Assembly: GCA_030141605.1 (NCBI GenBank)
Contig: JAQGDQ010000391.1
Span: 124,001 to 188,000, forward strand
Source of the DNA: Tubiluchus corallicola
Taxonomy: Eukaryota > Animalia > Priapulida
Length of the DNA stretch: 64,000 nt
Direction of reading: 5' to 3'
A program made the translations under genes and the position numbers. Position 1 is the first letter of the stretch, and every line of letters begins with the position of its first letter. A model generated the notes under the pieces. The model had not been told where the DNA came from and did no database searches. It saw only the letters and a program-made list of their open reading frames with translations. Below, piece by piece: positions 23,631-37,012 of this stretch.

Positions 23631-25242
23631 AAATGGTGATGTACGTCGAACCCAGAGTGCTTCGTCATCTCATGAGCTGAATCTTCGCAAGCCAGTCTTC
23701 CTGTCCTTTTGAACATTCTCTTATCCATCACTTTTATCCTTGCTTTGCACATTTTTTTTAAATTGCCTAAAACCCTCGTTTTTTGTTGTTTTTTCTGAAT
23801 TATTATTTGAATCTCGTATTGGTAAACTGAATTATTATGATCCCCCAAAAATAATCACACTTTTATTTCTTGTCGGCAATGGAAAAACTTTCATTTTTGT
23901 TACTGTAGTCATCGCCATTATCACAAAATGACAACTCCATCATTTTCAAGTTTTTACATTTTATTCTTCGACTATTCTACAAACTCCATCGATAATAGCA
24001 AATCTCTATAACTTTATTGCTCTTCGATAAATGAGTGATGAGCATCATAGTACAGCTTTAATAATCTACTCGCCATGTGCTCTGTAAGAACGAATTTGTA
24101 CAAAAATGACAACAAAATTATTCATCTTACACAGAATAACTTACTCAAAATGGAAACACAAAAATTACAGTTGTCATAGTTACTAGGGAATGTCTGAAAA
24201 TGATGCCAGTGGAATCACTGCAGTGTTTTTAAAGCAAACTTTAACTAGACACAATTGCAGACAAAAAGAAGCAACATTATTTTACCAACTTTAACGTGCA
24301 GCACGAAATTACTTTAAATTTTAACAATGATATTATCTGTACATAATTCATTATAATTTTGCGTAACAGTTTCAGTATATTTATACGTTTGTATACACAG
24401 ACGAAAGTTTAAATAATTATATCGACATTTTACACAATAGTTATAAATGTTTAAACATCTAAGCTAGGTCTATACATATAAATTTCGCCGAACTGTATTT
24501 CTGTCAACTGGCAACCATATTGCTATAGAGGGGAAACCTTCACATTTTCAAAAAAGAACAGATAGAGAAAGAAACAAATATAAACCGTTTCTATTTTAAA
24601 TTAAAACAATAGCTGACAGATGGCAGTATTTGCAATTAGTGAGTACTACAGTGACATAATGGCTATGTATCATTGCTTGCTGCGAAAACAGTGTTGAAGA
24701 AACTGTATAGGCGGGTAAAGATTGCTCTTAGTAAAAGGGGTACCTAAAACAAATTGCAACAAAACTTTTCTGTTCGGGAGCGATGGTCTAGGAGATATAC
24801 CCGATTTTGGCCCAATTAGGCGCCATCTTGCATTCATGCGTACATTTCAAAAATATCAAAGCTGAATTTAACCGACTTTTTGTTGAGGATTCCTTGAGAC
24901 CACACTCTAACAGCATTTAAACAAATTCGATTGCAATTCGTTCTAAGTTGCTTACTATCTTTACCTCCTAGTACTCTTCTGTATTAATTGTAAAAAAATG
25001 CAAAATACCGCTAAACCTGAAAGGGATGCTGAGCAGCTTTGCTAAGTATTTTGTAAATGAAGTGCAAGTTGAACAAAAAAACGAAAAACGTTGATGAAAA
25101 CAATGATAACGAAATTCTACACAGTTATTTCTTACTGTACTCTAAACGTGAATGATTTTAAAATAAATATGTCCAAGCCATATCTCTACAAATTGTAGAC
25201 TACGTTCAAGAACACTAAAACCTTTTTAATGCTTCGTTTTGA

Positions 25243-25382
25243 TCACCAGGGTGCGTTAGGATCGCTGACTTGTTGCCTCAGTTGGGGTTGGGGACTGAAG
25301 GGTGCTTGCTTCGACGGTATATTTCCAGATATTTTAATCGTCTGTTTATTTCCCCACTCGTCCCTCGTGTCTGAACTATAAC
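25243..25382 (-). CDS. MFSD6: MFSD6-like terminal coding exon 5 (140 nt; not in the ORF track)
   Basis: gaatgcag|GT TAT.. gives GYSSDTRDEWGNKQTIKISGNIPSKQAPFSPQPQLRQQVSDPNAPW*, open in the required phase. The five exons sum to 2352 nt, i.e. 783 aa plus stop. Confidence 0.72.
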
Positions 25383-25831
25383 CTGCATTCAAATATTACA
25401 CAAAATTTCACTACAAGGTAACTAGAAAAGGAAATGCTTTGTAATTTAAAATGTTCGTGCCAACTGGTAAAATGTCGCTGACTCACTTTGCTAGTGTCAC
25501 CAAAGACGTATTTTTAATTTTTGTAACAAGATACAGTAATTTACGCTTTTGCTTGGTTATTATAGCATACGTTACAAATGATTAACCCTTTTTTAAACGT
25601 TAAGCAATGTTATCTAAACTTGTTTCAAATATTATTTATAGCTTATATAGTAGTGAGGGTTTAGTTTGACTTTAACTTCTAAGAAGTTCGACTTGTTCTT
25701 TTTTAATTTAATAACTAATGTTGCAAAAATGTCGAACAGAATAATTAATTTTAATGTTTAAAAGGTAAAAACCACTGAAAGATAACGTGAATTGGTCAGG
25801 CATAAAAGTGAGATATCGTTACTCAGTTTAC

Positions 25832-25959
25832 CTTTTGCTGGGCTTGTTTGATCCATTGGCTTCCTTAAATTAGTATTTAAGTACTGGTCCTGGTCGCCCT
25901 CTATAGTACCATACGCCTGATACCCAGCGTCCTGGTCCAATTTGGAACTAGATAGATTT
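25832..25959 (-). CDS. MFSD6: MFSD6-like coding exon 4 (128 nt)
   Basis: tttatag|A AAT.. gives RNLSSSKLDQDAGYQAYGTIEGDQDQYLNTNLRKPMDQTSPAKG|gtaaac; phase 2 in, phase 1 out. Confidence 0.82.
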
Positions 25960-26541
25960 CTATAAACATTACAAAAGTGTTACCCATTTCATACTCTAAA
26001 GGTAAAATTTTCATTCAAATTGCAAAGTTGCATTCAACAGTAACAAGTTTTAGTTATATGAAATAGCTGTACTCGATAAAAATGACTACATTACATCATT
26101 TTAAATTAACATCGAACAGATAGACTTTGATAACTTTAGATAGGACAGCTGCACTCTAAGACTAATGGTGCGTTCAGACTAGCGAATTTTCTATCTCTGA
26201 GAGTAAACTTTTAAGTGTGAACGTCTTTGCTAGTTCTCTCGCAAGCTATGGCAAACTGCTCATAGTTCTTGCCCGAGAACTTGCAAAGACGCTCGTACTT
26301 CCTAATTTACTCTCTAATCTGATGGCGCCACTAGTCTTGATGCGACATGTTGATCAAGAACAGCGCCCTCATGTGTGAAAGATTAAACAATTAAAAGTTT
26401 TATGGGTCAACTGATTTGGACACATCCACAGATTAACACAGCGACACAGTTTGTAGTAGAAGTTGCTGCTAGCTTTCTGACTTTGACACGGTAGTGTTAA
26501 AAGGAGGAAATTCCAACCACAAAAATCAACATGTTCAATAC

Positions 26542-26725
26542 CTTGACATAGGATTCATTGGCACGCCGCAAGGGGCCAGCACTGACGTCTCCTCGAGAAT
26601 TTCATGGCCGGCCTTCCCTCCGTGAGACATGTGACCTCTGTCCTTGATGAAGAAATTTATGGCAACGAAAATGACGAGTACAATTAAACAAGCGAAGCCA
26701 TAACCTCGGAATGTTAATTGAGTTC
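26542..26725 (-). CDS. MFSD6: MFSD6-like coding exon 3 (184 nt; not in the ORF track)
   Basis: ttttccag|GA ACT.. gives GTQLTFRGYGFACLIVLVIFVAINFFIKDRGHMSHGGKAGHEILEETSVLAPCGVPMNPMSR|gtattg. It supplies the last MFS helix; phase 1 in, phase 2 out. Confidence 0.9.
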
Positions 26726-26957
26726 CTGGAAAAGCAGTAAAACTGAGTGCAATGACCTCAGTAATATTGTTGAATCTAAGCTATAGAAAGCAGCTACATT
26801 TTAGAATTCGAACTAATTAAAATAATTATGTTTTATATAATGTTTAAGGGTAATCTAAACTACATTATGTAGTTGTAAGTTGTTATTTACAGTCCGCGAT
26901 AATAGCTCTTTGAGCTAATGTTAATTGTTCACCCAAAAGCCGACTTTAAATAAAGAT

Positions 26958-27137
<180 letters not shown>

Positions 27138-27758
27138 GTCTACTAAACATTTTGCTAACTGATTGTACATGAAATTTTATATTGAATCGAAACCTGAATT
27201 ATTTTGAATTTTGGACTTTTGAATTAAACACCAGTTGTTGAGCAATCATACTTTTGTATAACTAATACGATGATGTACATTGGTAATTGTTTCTGGGATC
27301 GCATCTGTACTCTTTGTATATTTCAATTTTAAGTGTTAACTTATGAAATACTTGTGTTTTTTAACTAACTATCTATGTAACTATATTTTTGATAACCAGT
27401 TGTATATATCTGTTATCAACTAAAATGCATTTGTTGTACAGTGAAAAAATTCAATAATATTACTGTATGTCAATCCACTTAAAATAAACAAAATTTATAT
27501 ATGTAACTTTGCGTTGGTTGCAAATATCTCACTAGAGATTCTAACGCATCTCGCCAACTTTTTTAATTTCTTGCATTTAAACAAATACGCTATAGATTAT
27601 GTTATTACTTATGCTAAATTTCAAAATTAAAGAATTACTTTCAGAATTTGGCGCCCCCAAAATTTTGATACCCTAGGCAACTGCCTTGGTAGTTTGCCTA
27701 GTGGTAAAGCTGGTCCTGACTCGGAAACAACAATGATGAACTGTCAACCGAAAGGTAA

Positions 27759-28214
27759 CCCTTTCAGTCCCAAATTATTTTTTAATAAGAAAAATTTTTG
27801 GCTTGGTACTTTTGTTCAGTATGTCCATCTTGTTTACACATAATAATTATTTTTTTCTAGCTGTGCCCGCGTGCTAAATATAGCCTGTATCCCACGAGAT
27901 ACATTGGGATTCAATGGAAGCATAAAATGTGCTTCATTTTGCAACTGCAGATAATTTTTTTAAGTATTTAAGACATTTAGTATGCATGCTATGCTGATCT
28001 GTACAAAGTCGTCTCTAAAGTACTGTACCTTGCGCAGTTTTTTATGCTATGTAGATTTTCTAGTTTGTCTTTTATCAGCATTTTTAGTCTATTGTTATTG
28101 GCTTAAATCAAAATAACTATTAACAGATCAAATAACTGTCAGTTTTGAAATTTTATTAATTTTAAAGACAGAAAATATTCTCGTATCCCACGGGATACAA
28201 CGGGTATGAAAGGG
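27759..28214. mobile_element. piggyBac-type non-autonomous element (MITE)
   Basis: TIRs CCCTTTCAGTCCC and GGGTATGAAAGGG match at 11/13, flanked by GTAA and TTAA. The internal palindrome GTATCCCACG(A/G)GATAC occurs twice. Confidence 0.6.
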
Positions 28215-29270
28215 TTAATATAGAAACACAAAGTCTAAAAAGAGCTATAAAAGACATAACAAAGGGCAATAGTCGCTTATTCCAATATCATGCTGACACA
28301 AAATGTAAAAAGATCTAGGAAACACCGCATCAATGATCATAAGTCTGGCATTCTTTTACATGTTAAACTGTTATTATAAACTGTAAAATGACGTAAGAAA
28401 GACTTTAAAAAGATCGATGGATGATCAATACTGATAGTATAAAGTGATAAGAGTAAAAAAGATACAATAATGACAAACTATCATATACACACCTTTTACA
28501 AGTTTGACTTACCTTGTAATGTGTACCATCAGTTTATAATCGAACAGATAATAACTAATTTGTGCCCCCCCCTTCGTTGACCTGCTAATTTTTGTTTAAG
28601 ATGTGAGTATTACAGGTGGATGTAAGCGTATTGAGGATGGTGCATTGTTGCTGGGTGTAATATTGTGTGGTTGGTGGGTGTGGAATGGTGTGGGTGGCAT
28701 GGGATGGGTGGTGTGGTGTAATCTGGTTGATGTGGCAAGGATGACGTGATGTAGGTAGAACGGTGGGGTGGTATGGTGTGGGTGGTGAGGTGTAGAACGG
28801 CGTGTTGTGGGTGGTGTTGGTGCAGAATGATGTGTTTGGTGTGGTGGGGTGTGGTAAGTTTGATGTTGAGTGCTGTGGGTAGTGTAGTGTGTGGTGATAT
28901 GGTGTGGGTGGTGTGGTGTAGAACGGCGTGTTATGGGTGGTGATGGTACAGAATGATGCGTTTGGTGTGGTGGGGTGTGGTAAGTTTGATGTGGAGTGCT
29001 GTGGGTAGTGTAGTGTGGGTGGTGTGATGTAGTGGATGTGGCCAGGTTTATGATGAAAGCTTTTTGCAGGGCTTGGCTAGTAACTAAGAATTTTGTTGTG
29101 ACTGTCTACCTATGTAGTTTGTACAAGTGACACATTTGAACTCTAATTGGCTTCACTATTGGTTTCTCTGCTAACAAATCACTATTTGATTATTTGTGTG
29201 TTTAATGTATTTATTACTGATTCATGTGTGATTGTAATGCTTTCTTCAAATAAAGTGTTCTTTAAAATTA

Positions 29271-29459
<189 letters not shown>

Positions 29460-29694
29460 TTATTAATAAAATTATTTTAATTTTAGTTTAGCTTATAATC
29501 AAAATAGGCAGTGTAGTGCGCTGTGATACACTTTTTCTGCAGACTACGGACACGGTGCTATACTGTAATGAAAATAGCGGAATACAGACTACATTATACT
29601 AAACTACGCACTGTGCTACATTTTCCTGTATTATAGTACAGTATGCACTATACTACATGACACTACGTTACACTACATTAAGATAAGATTAGTT

Positions 29695-30425
29695 TAGTAT
29701 ATTGCACTATGTAGCACTACACTACACTGCACTACATTACACTACACTACACTACACTACACTACACTACACTACACTACACTACACTACACTACACTAC
29801 ACTACACTACACTACACTACACTACACTACACTACACTACACTACACTATACTACACTACACTACACTATATTACACTACACTACACTACACTGCACTAC
29901 ACTGCACTGCACTGCACTGCACTACACATACACTACACTACACTACACTACACTACACAACACAACACAACACTGCACTACACTACACTACACTACACTA
30001 CACTACACTACACTACACTACACTACACTACACTACACTACACTACACTACACTACACTACGCTACACTACACTACGCTACACTATCTACACTACACTAC
30101 ACTGTCTTCACTACACTATAGTACACTATATTAAACTGTTCTTCACTATCCTACACGTAGTACACTGCACTGCATTGAACTGCACTACACAGCATTACAT
30201 TATATTACACTAGACAAGATTTCGCAACATTATCTACCCTACCCTACACTATACTACGCTATAATATGCTACATTACGCTATGCTGCACTACGCTACACT
30301 GCACTACACTACACTACACTACACTACACTACACTACACTACACTACACTACACTACACTACACTACACTACACTATGCTACACTACGCTATAATACGCT
30401 ACACTACGCTACACCAAACCACACC
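29695..30425 (+). repeat. (ACTAC)n pentanucleotide array
   Basis: Direct reading; explains the TTLHY-repeat ORF. Confidence 0.95.
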
Positions 30426-31083
30426 AGGTTAGAGTAAACAGGGCTAAATTTATAACGCTGAACAATCTTAGTGCTAAGTGCTACACTGACATCTATACGC
30501 CATTTTGATGGCTTCCTGGTAAATCGTAAAAGAAAATTCAACAATTATTCTCATATTTGGTTATTAAAGTTGTAAAATAGCAAACGTGCAAGTAGGTAAC
30601 ACAACAATTCGTTTCCACTGACGTCTACTACACTTCCTTCAATTCAGCATCTTTTAAGGAAATTAGAGCTAATTCCAACAAACTGTTATTGCAGCTTGAT
30701 CAAATTCGTGGATTAATGGCAGTTTCTGTTTTTATTAGCCCGCGGTAAAATATTGACTTTGGCTTTAACGACAGTTTCCTTTTAATGACGTTTACTGGTA
30801 TTTGGCACCAAGTCATTTCCTGATCTCCTTGATGTTAAGAGACGAGGGAATAGTCTAATGGTCACGGCTTGTGTTTTGTGACTAAAGCTAGGAATGGCGG
30901 CGAGGCTGATCAGCGACTGGCTACACACACTAGATAAATAATACGCGAGGGCCAAAATGGCATTTCTTTTCCAGGGTTCTAAGGTCCTGTACAAGTGTGA
31001 AATAAGTTCAAAAGTGCTTCAATAAATACTATAAATTAATACAATCCTAGGTATTGTATACTTACAAAGGTCAACAAAGGTCA

Positions 31084-31975
31084 ATGACGACGACAACGTC
31101 GACCACGGCCACGAACAGCATGACCGCCACGGATACGACCATGATCACGACCAAGAACAGCATGACCGCCACTGATACGACCATGATCACGACCAAGAAC
31201 AGCATGACCGAAACGGATACGACCATGATCACAGCCAAGAACAGCATGACCACCACGACCATGACAATGATCACTGCCAAGAACAGCATGACCACCACGA
31301 CCATGACAATGATCACTGCCAAGAACAGCATGACCACCACGACCATGACAATGATCACTGCCAAGAACAGCATGACCACCACGACCATGATCACTGCCAA
31401 GAACAGCATGACCACCACGACCATGACAATGATCACTGCCAAGAACAGCATGGCCACCACGACCATGACAATGATCACTGCCAAGAACAGCATGACCACG
31501 ACCACGACAATGTTCACGGTCAAGAACAGCATGACCACCACGACCATGACAATGTTCACGGTCAAGAACAGCATGGCCACCACGACCATGACAATGATCA
31601 CGGCCAAGAACTGCATGACCACCACGACCACGACAATGTTCACGGTCAAGAACAGCATGACCACCAGACCATGACACTGTTCACGGTCAAGAACAGCATG
31701 GCCACCACGACCATGACAATGATCACGGTCAAGAACAGCATGACCACCACGACCATGACAATGCTCACGGTCAAGAACAGTATTGCCACCACGACTATGA
31801 CAATGATCACGTCCAAGAACAGCATGACCACCACGACCATGACAATGATCACGGTCAAGCGCAGCATGACCACCACGACCATGACAATGTTCACGGTCAA
31901 GAACAGCATGACCACAACGACTATGACAATGACTACGACCACAAACAGCATGGCCACCATGACTCCGACAATGAC
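31084..31975 (+). repeat. 36/42-bp minisatellite
   Basis: Unit ACCACCACGACCATGACAATGATCACTGCCAAGAACAGCATG, with 36- and 39-bp variants; about 21 copies. Confidence 0.92.
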
Positions 31976-33063
31976 CAGGAGCAACAGCAACAGCAGCAAC
32001 AGCAACTACAACAACACCCCACAGCAACCAGTTATCTCGGTCAATAAGAGAAATATAGGTTCTAGGTCTTGCGAGAATTTGCTTCATGACGTTTTGGCTT
32101 CATTCAGCAGGGAAAATATAGTACACAAGTGCCTCTTGCTAGTCCATCAAACCACTATGGGAATGCTTAATAAAGAGCTTGGGAAACATTTGAAGAAAAT
32201 AGAAGATATCTAGTGATTTTATCTAAGTACACTGAAATCTGATGTTTTTCTTGTTTCTTGCTAGTGAGATTTTTAACAACAATAAGTACATTTAAATGGT
32301 ATCCATATATAACATATAGACACAATGGTATAATATAACATAATAATAATGCTTAGTAATGCTCCCAAAGTTAAAATTTTAACGGAGGACAAAAGGCTAT
32401 TTTAAAGTATTCACTTTGGAGAGAAAGATGTTTTACTTTGCATTACTCTTACCTGTTTGAAACAGTTGCGCAATTAGACGATAAACTTTTTAAGAATTTG
32501 AAATATTTGCACCACAAGTTAAAACGGCACTGCATCAACATCCCAGTGTGCATCACTGATTCACAAAGAAACAAACATTATTGATCTTATTGACAATATA
32601 AAGTAATTTAAATTTTCGATTTGTTAGTGAAGAGTGTGCTACGAATGCATTGATTATTTTCTCAAACTTTACACAAGGTTATCTAAACTTAATTCAAACG
32701 ACTTACCATTAAAATGGCTGCGCCTATACCGTGGGAGTTTGAACATACAAGTTTTACACAGCGCTAACGCAAGCCCTGTACACAATAAGACGGGATGTAA
32801 GTGACGTAAAATTTCCAGATGAAGCTTGAGATTTTCAGAAAAATTCCATAAATGAAGTTTAAAAACTTTTTAAACTTTATTTATGAAGAGTGTTTTCGTG
32901 TGCTTTAACAATATGTCCATTGGTTTACTCACCACGTACATATTTGACACAAATTTTGACCTCGTGATCTTGACAAAAACAATGGGTTTCCAGGACTTGC
33001 CCAGAAATGTCCCTGTGGTAAGTTTGGTGATCGTAGATTCATCAGTTTTGATTTTATTATGCG

Positions 33064-33135
<72 letters not shown>

Positions 33136-33195
33136 GTCAGACAGACTGACTGACTGACTGACAGAGACACAGACAGACAGACAGACAGACACACG
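33064..33195 (+). repeat. (GACA)n microsatellite
   Basis: Direct reading. Confidence 0.95.
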
Positions 33196-33849
33196 CACGC
33201 ACACGCGACTATAAACAAAGGACGACGTGGGTAAAGACGTAACAATACACCAACGAAGGAAAACATCAATAGGATGGTGACCAGAATTTGGATTTCGTCC
33301 ACCTTTCTCTACCCTCAGTTCTAGACAGGAAAAGGAAGAAACTTAAAGGACAAGAAAACGCAATTTTTATATAAAAAGAACTGACTTGAAATTTTATATC
33401 GCCCACATATTGCCAAGTTGTCAATAAGATTAATGATATTTTTTGGTGAGCCAGTTACGCATTTAGCTAAGCACTGGGATAGTGAAACAGTGACGTTTCA
33501 CTTACCCGCTGGCAAAAGCCTTTTTAAATTATTGAGAATTTTCATTTGCAGTTACACAAATCTTTCTAAAGATTAATGCTACGTGATCTAAGCTTTTATG
33601 AAAAGCATTTTTGAGATGTTTGTAAGGAAATGTTTTCTTTGCTCCGCCTTTAATGATCGTAACTAAGGATTAAAGGACAAGAAAAGGGGTACCTGAAGTA
33701 GGAATCGCTTTAAAAATTATACTACTTTACAGCAATTTTATGCGCATATCGTATTCGCGTTGAAAGAAGTTTTCGTTTGTTTTCATTTTACTCCTCCCGC
33801 AATACTGTTACGATGACGCCATTATATGACGTCACTACGCCACGTAAAT

Positions 33850-34340
33850 CAGGGGAAGAAAAGGCAATGTTCAATTATGAACCAAAAAACTTTCCGTGCA
33901 AATCTATATTACTTAGCATTTCCCTTACCTGCTGGAAAGACTTATGTAACTAGACTAATAATTTAAATTGTTTATACCAATTGGTAAAATGTCGCTGACT
34001 CACCCTCCAGGGTGCGCCACTCACTAGCCAAAAACGTATTTTTAATCTTATTTATAAGATACAGTAATTTAAAATTTTACTTAATTAGCAACATGTATGC
34101 TACGAATGCTCTGATTATTTTTCAAACTTCATTCAATTTTATGAAAACTTGTTTCAAACGACCTACCGTTAAATGGCTGCGTCTAACGGTCATCGCTTGA
34201 GTTTAAATTTACAAGTTTTATATATAGCGTTACTTCCGACGCACACCCTGCATGCGAAATGGTAGTAAGTGGTATAAAATTTGAAGACGAATTTTTTAAG
34301 CTTTGTGTAAGTGGAGGGTTTTCTTGTGCTTTAAGAACTT
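33850..34340 (+). mobile_element. Unclassified dispersed repeat family; other copies at ~13965-14180, ~25430-25630, ~32636-32900 (+) and ~37350-37630 (-)
   Basis: Shared blocks TGGTAAAATGTCGCTGACTCAC, GCTACGAATGC, AAACTTGTTTCAAA..AATGGCTGC and AAAATTT..AGACGAATTT. Confidence 0.7.
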
Positions 34341-34480
34341 TATCAAAAAATACAGTATGCAGTAAAGATGCTATTGCAGATTTAGTTCTTTGCATATTCA
34401 GATCAATAAGATGCATTAATTGCTGATATACACGAGTAAATTAGTAATCAAAGCATCTGCTGACACACTAATTGAGCCAA

Positions 34481-35836
34481 TTATGAAATATTCTTCCAGG
34501 CTTCTCGTCAGATGCTAGTAATATAAAGATAGCGAAAGAAAATTACTACAGCGCAGTGTACATAACACATCTATGGTGGCATACACTCCAACCAAATATG
34601 TGCATGAAAAAAAGGCGCCCATCATTTTTATTCAGCATCCATAAATGGCCAAAACAATTTATAACAAAAAAAATCGATTAATCCCTAAATTTGTGACGGA
34701 TTTTACTCTTTTGTACAGTTTTTTTATTGATTTCTTAATATTGATAGCTTAGTAATATGCTAACAGAATATTAATTTCTAAACTGTCGTGACGTTCTATT
34801 TTAGCTGCCTAAGCTCCTTAATCTCACTTAAGATGTACATTGATAAAGTATATTGTACATGGTGTACCGAAAGAAATTTTGCAGCTGAAAAAATGCTGAT
34901 ATGTTGAAATAATATTATGTTAATGAAGTCACAAAGAAATGTGACTGAACATTATTCGAAACGTTGCACGAAATTTGACTACAGTAACTTGTTTTTGGTT
35001 AAAATTTACAATTTCCCACACACAACAAATTAGTTCGTGAAACGGATTAGGATTTGGGTTAGGATTAGGCTTAGGGTTAGGGTTGGGGTTGGGGTTAGGA
35101 TTAGCATTAAGATTGTGATTAGGATTAGCAATGGGGTTAGGTTAGGATTAGGGTTGGGTTTGGTGTTGGGGTTAGTGTTAGGGCTGGGGTTGGGGTTGGG
35201 ATTAGGATTAGGCATAGGGTTAGGGTAGGGGTTGGGATTGGGATTAGGATTAGGCTTAGCATCAGGGTTGTAGTTAGGTGAGGGCTAGGGTTGGAGTACT
35301 AAAACTCTGTGGGGAATTGTAAACTCCTTCCTTTGTTTTTTGTACAACATACGTTCCAGTGTCTCTTATAGGACTCTGTAAAATGTAATATCGGCAACTG
35401 TGGCTCCTGTTCGTGCACTGTTTCTTTTGGAACTCCCTGTATTCAAAACGTTATTATGAAATATTCTTCCAGGCTTCTCGTCAGATGTTAGTAATATAAA
35501 GATTGCGAAAGAAAATTATTACAGCGCAGTGTACATAACACATCTATGGCGTGGTGTACACTCCACCCAATGATGTGCATGAAAAAAAGGCGCCCATCAT
35601 TATTCAGCATCCATTATTGGCCAAAACAACAATTTATAACAAAAAATCGATTAATCCCAAAATTTGTGACTGATTTTACTCTTTTGTACAGTTATTTATG
35701 GATTTTATTTAGTTTAGTAATATGCTAACAGAATATTAATTTCTAAACTGTCACGACGTTCTATTTTAGCTGCCTAAGCTCCTTAATCTCACTTAAGATG
35801 TACATTGATAAAGTAAATATATTGTACATGGTGTAC
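34481..35836 (+). repeat. Pair of ~385-bp direct repeats (34481-34867 and 35454-35836)
   Basis: Both start TTATGAAATATTCTTCCAGGCTTCTCGTCAGATG and end TATTGTACATGGTGTAC. Confidence 0.9.
35003..35330 (+). mobile_element. Short element with inverted ends and an internal degenerate (TTAGGG)-like array
   Basis: 35003-35020 and 35308-35325 are reverse complements at 16/18. A related copy lies inverted at 53846-54306. Confidence 0.7.
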
Positions 35837-36649
35837 AATGTGTTATGTGTTGATTAATAAGTTCTCGCTACTAAATTCTACTAGGATGCATGAAGCTGCA
35901 ACATAACACATAAAAAATAAATACATCAAAACATGCTAAAGAACTGCATGGTTGTCATGGCTCTCACGCATTCAATTATGCTGTATAATCTCTTGAAGCT
36001 TTTGTGTTGCTGGAAAATCTTGACAAATGGAGTTCAAAAATATCTCATGAGATTTGTGTCAGACTTAGCCTATATAATGAAATTCAAGGTTCAGTGGACT
36101 GCAATTTCTTTAGCAATGTCGTGAGATTTTAAATTTCCTTGGAGAATGTTTGCTTATCGTCACAACAGATGTATCCGAATGTAATGGTTGAAAAAGAGCA
36201 TATGGCTGACAAAAAATGGGCTGATGTCCTGCTCTGGAGTGGAAAAGCAGTGTCTTTATTACTTCTTTGCTTCAAACTTTGCTAAGAGTAACAAAAGTAA
36301 GACACAACAGTTTTTCTTCTTTATTAATATAATTGCTTATGTATTGAATAGATTAACAATTATTTGAGGTGTATTAGTTATACTGTTAAGCTAGTTTCTA
36401 GTTTCTGAGTAACTGCTTGTTGCGTGTTATACAAGGTTTGTTTTACATCAATATAAACGGATGCACTTTTTCCGAGGTTAGTGAGAATTTTTCTAAAATC
36501 GGGCGCCTAAAATGTGGCACCCCTCAAACTTTGGCGCCCTTTGCTATAGACTAATTAGCCTATTGGTTAATACACCCATGTTAATATAGGAGTAAAAATT
36601 GGGACCTATACTACTTTAGTTATTTTAGTAAAAACTGAAGTTCACTGTA

Positions 36650-37012
36650 CATAGAAATACATTAGAAAAGGTTCAGAGAGTTAAAACTAGTTGCTGAGTT
36701 AAAAGATTTACCTTACGATGTGTGACTGAATGAATCAAAACTTACATCATTAGAGGATGGTAGAATAAGAGGCGATCTCATTGAGGTCATCAAATTCGTT
36801 CAAGATTATAATAATGTCAATTATGAAACAATGTTCAAATTAAGAACCCTGATTTACGAGGACAATGTTTTACTCTTGAAACTAATAAGATACATTATAA
36901 TCTAAGGACGTTCTTTTTTTAGTAATAATGTTTGTCTGTGGAGTAGCTTACCTGAGTATGTATAGTGTTGGCCCCCAGTACAAATGGTTTTAAAGAAAGA
37001 TATGACCGACAC
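36650..37012 (+). mobile_element. CR1-clade LINE 3' fragment
   Basis: LEKVQR..ELKDLPYDV*L..LTSLEDGRIRGDLIEVIKF..LRGQ..RTFFF..WSSLPEYV..APSTNGFKERYD, the classic CR1 ORF2 C-terminus with stops and frameshifts. Confidence 0.88.

Larger units (their letters stand above)
4000..25225. repeat. Tandem segmental duplication, period ~10,450 bp
   Basis: 4000-~12550 is nearly identical to 14451-~23000 (offset 10451 then 10450). More diverged homology continues to ~13950/~25225. Confidence 0.97.

Noticed and set aside
35040-35292. True telomere or chromosome-fusion scar (also 53878-54260, 56575-56640)
   Set aside because: The arrays are highly degenerate and embedded in repeated element flanks.
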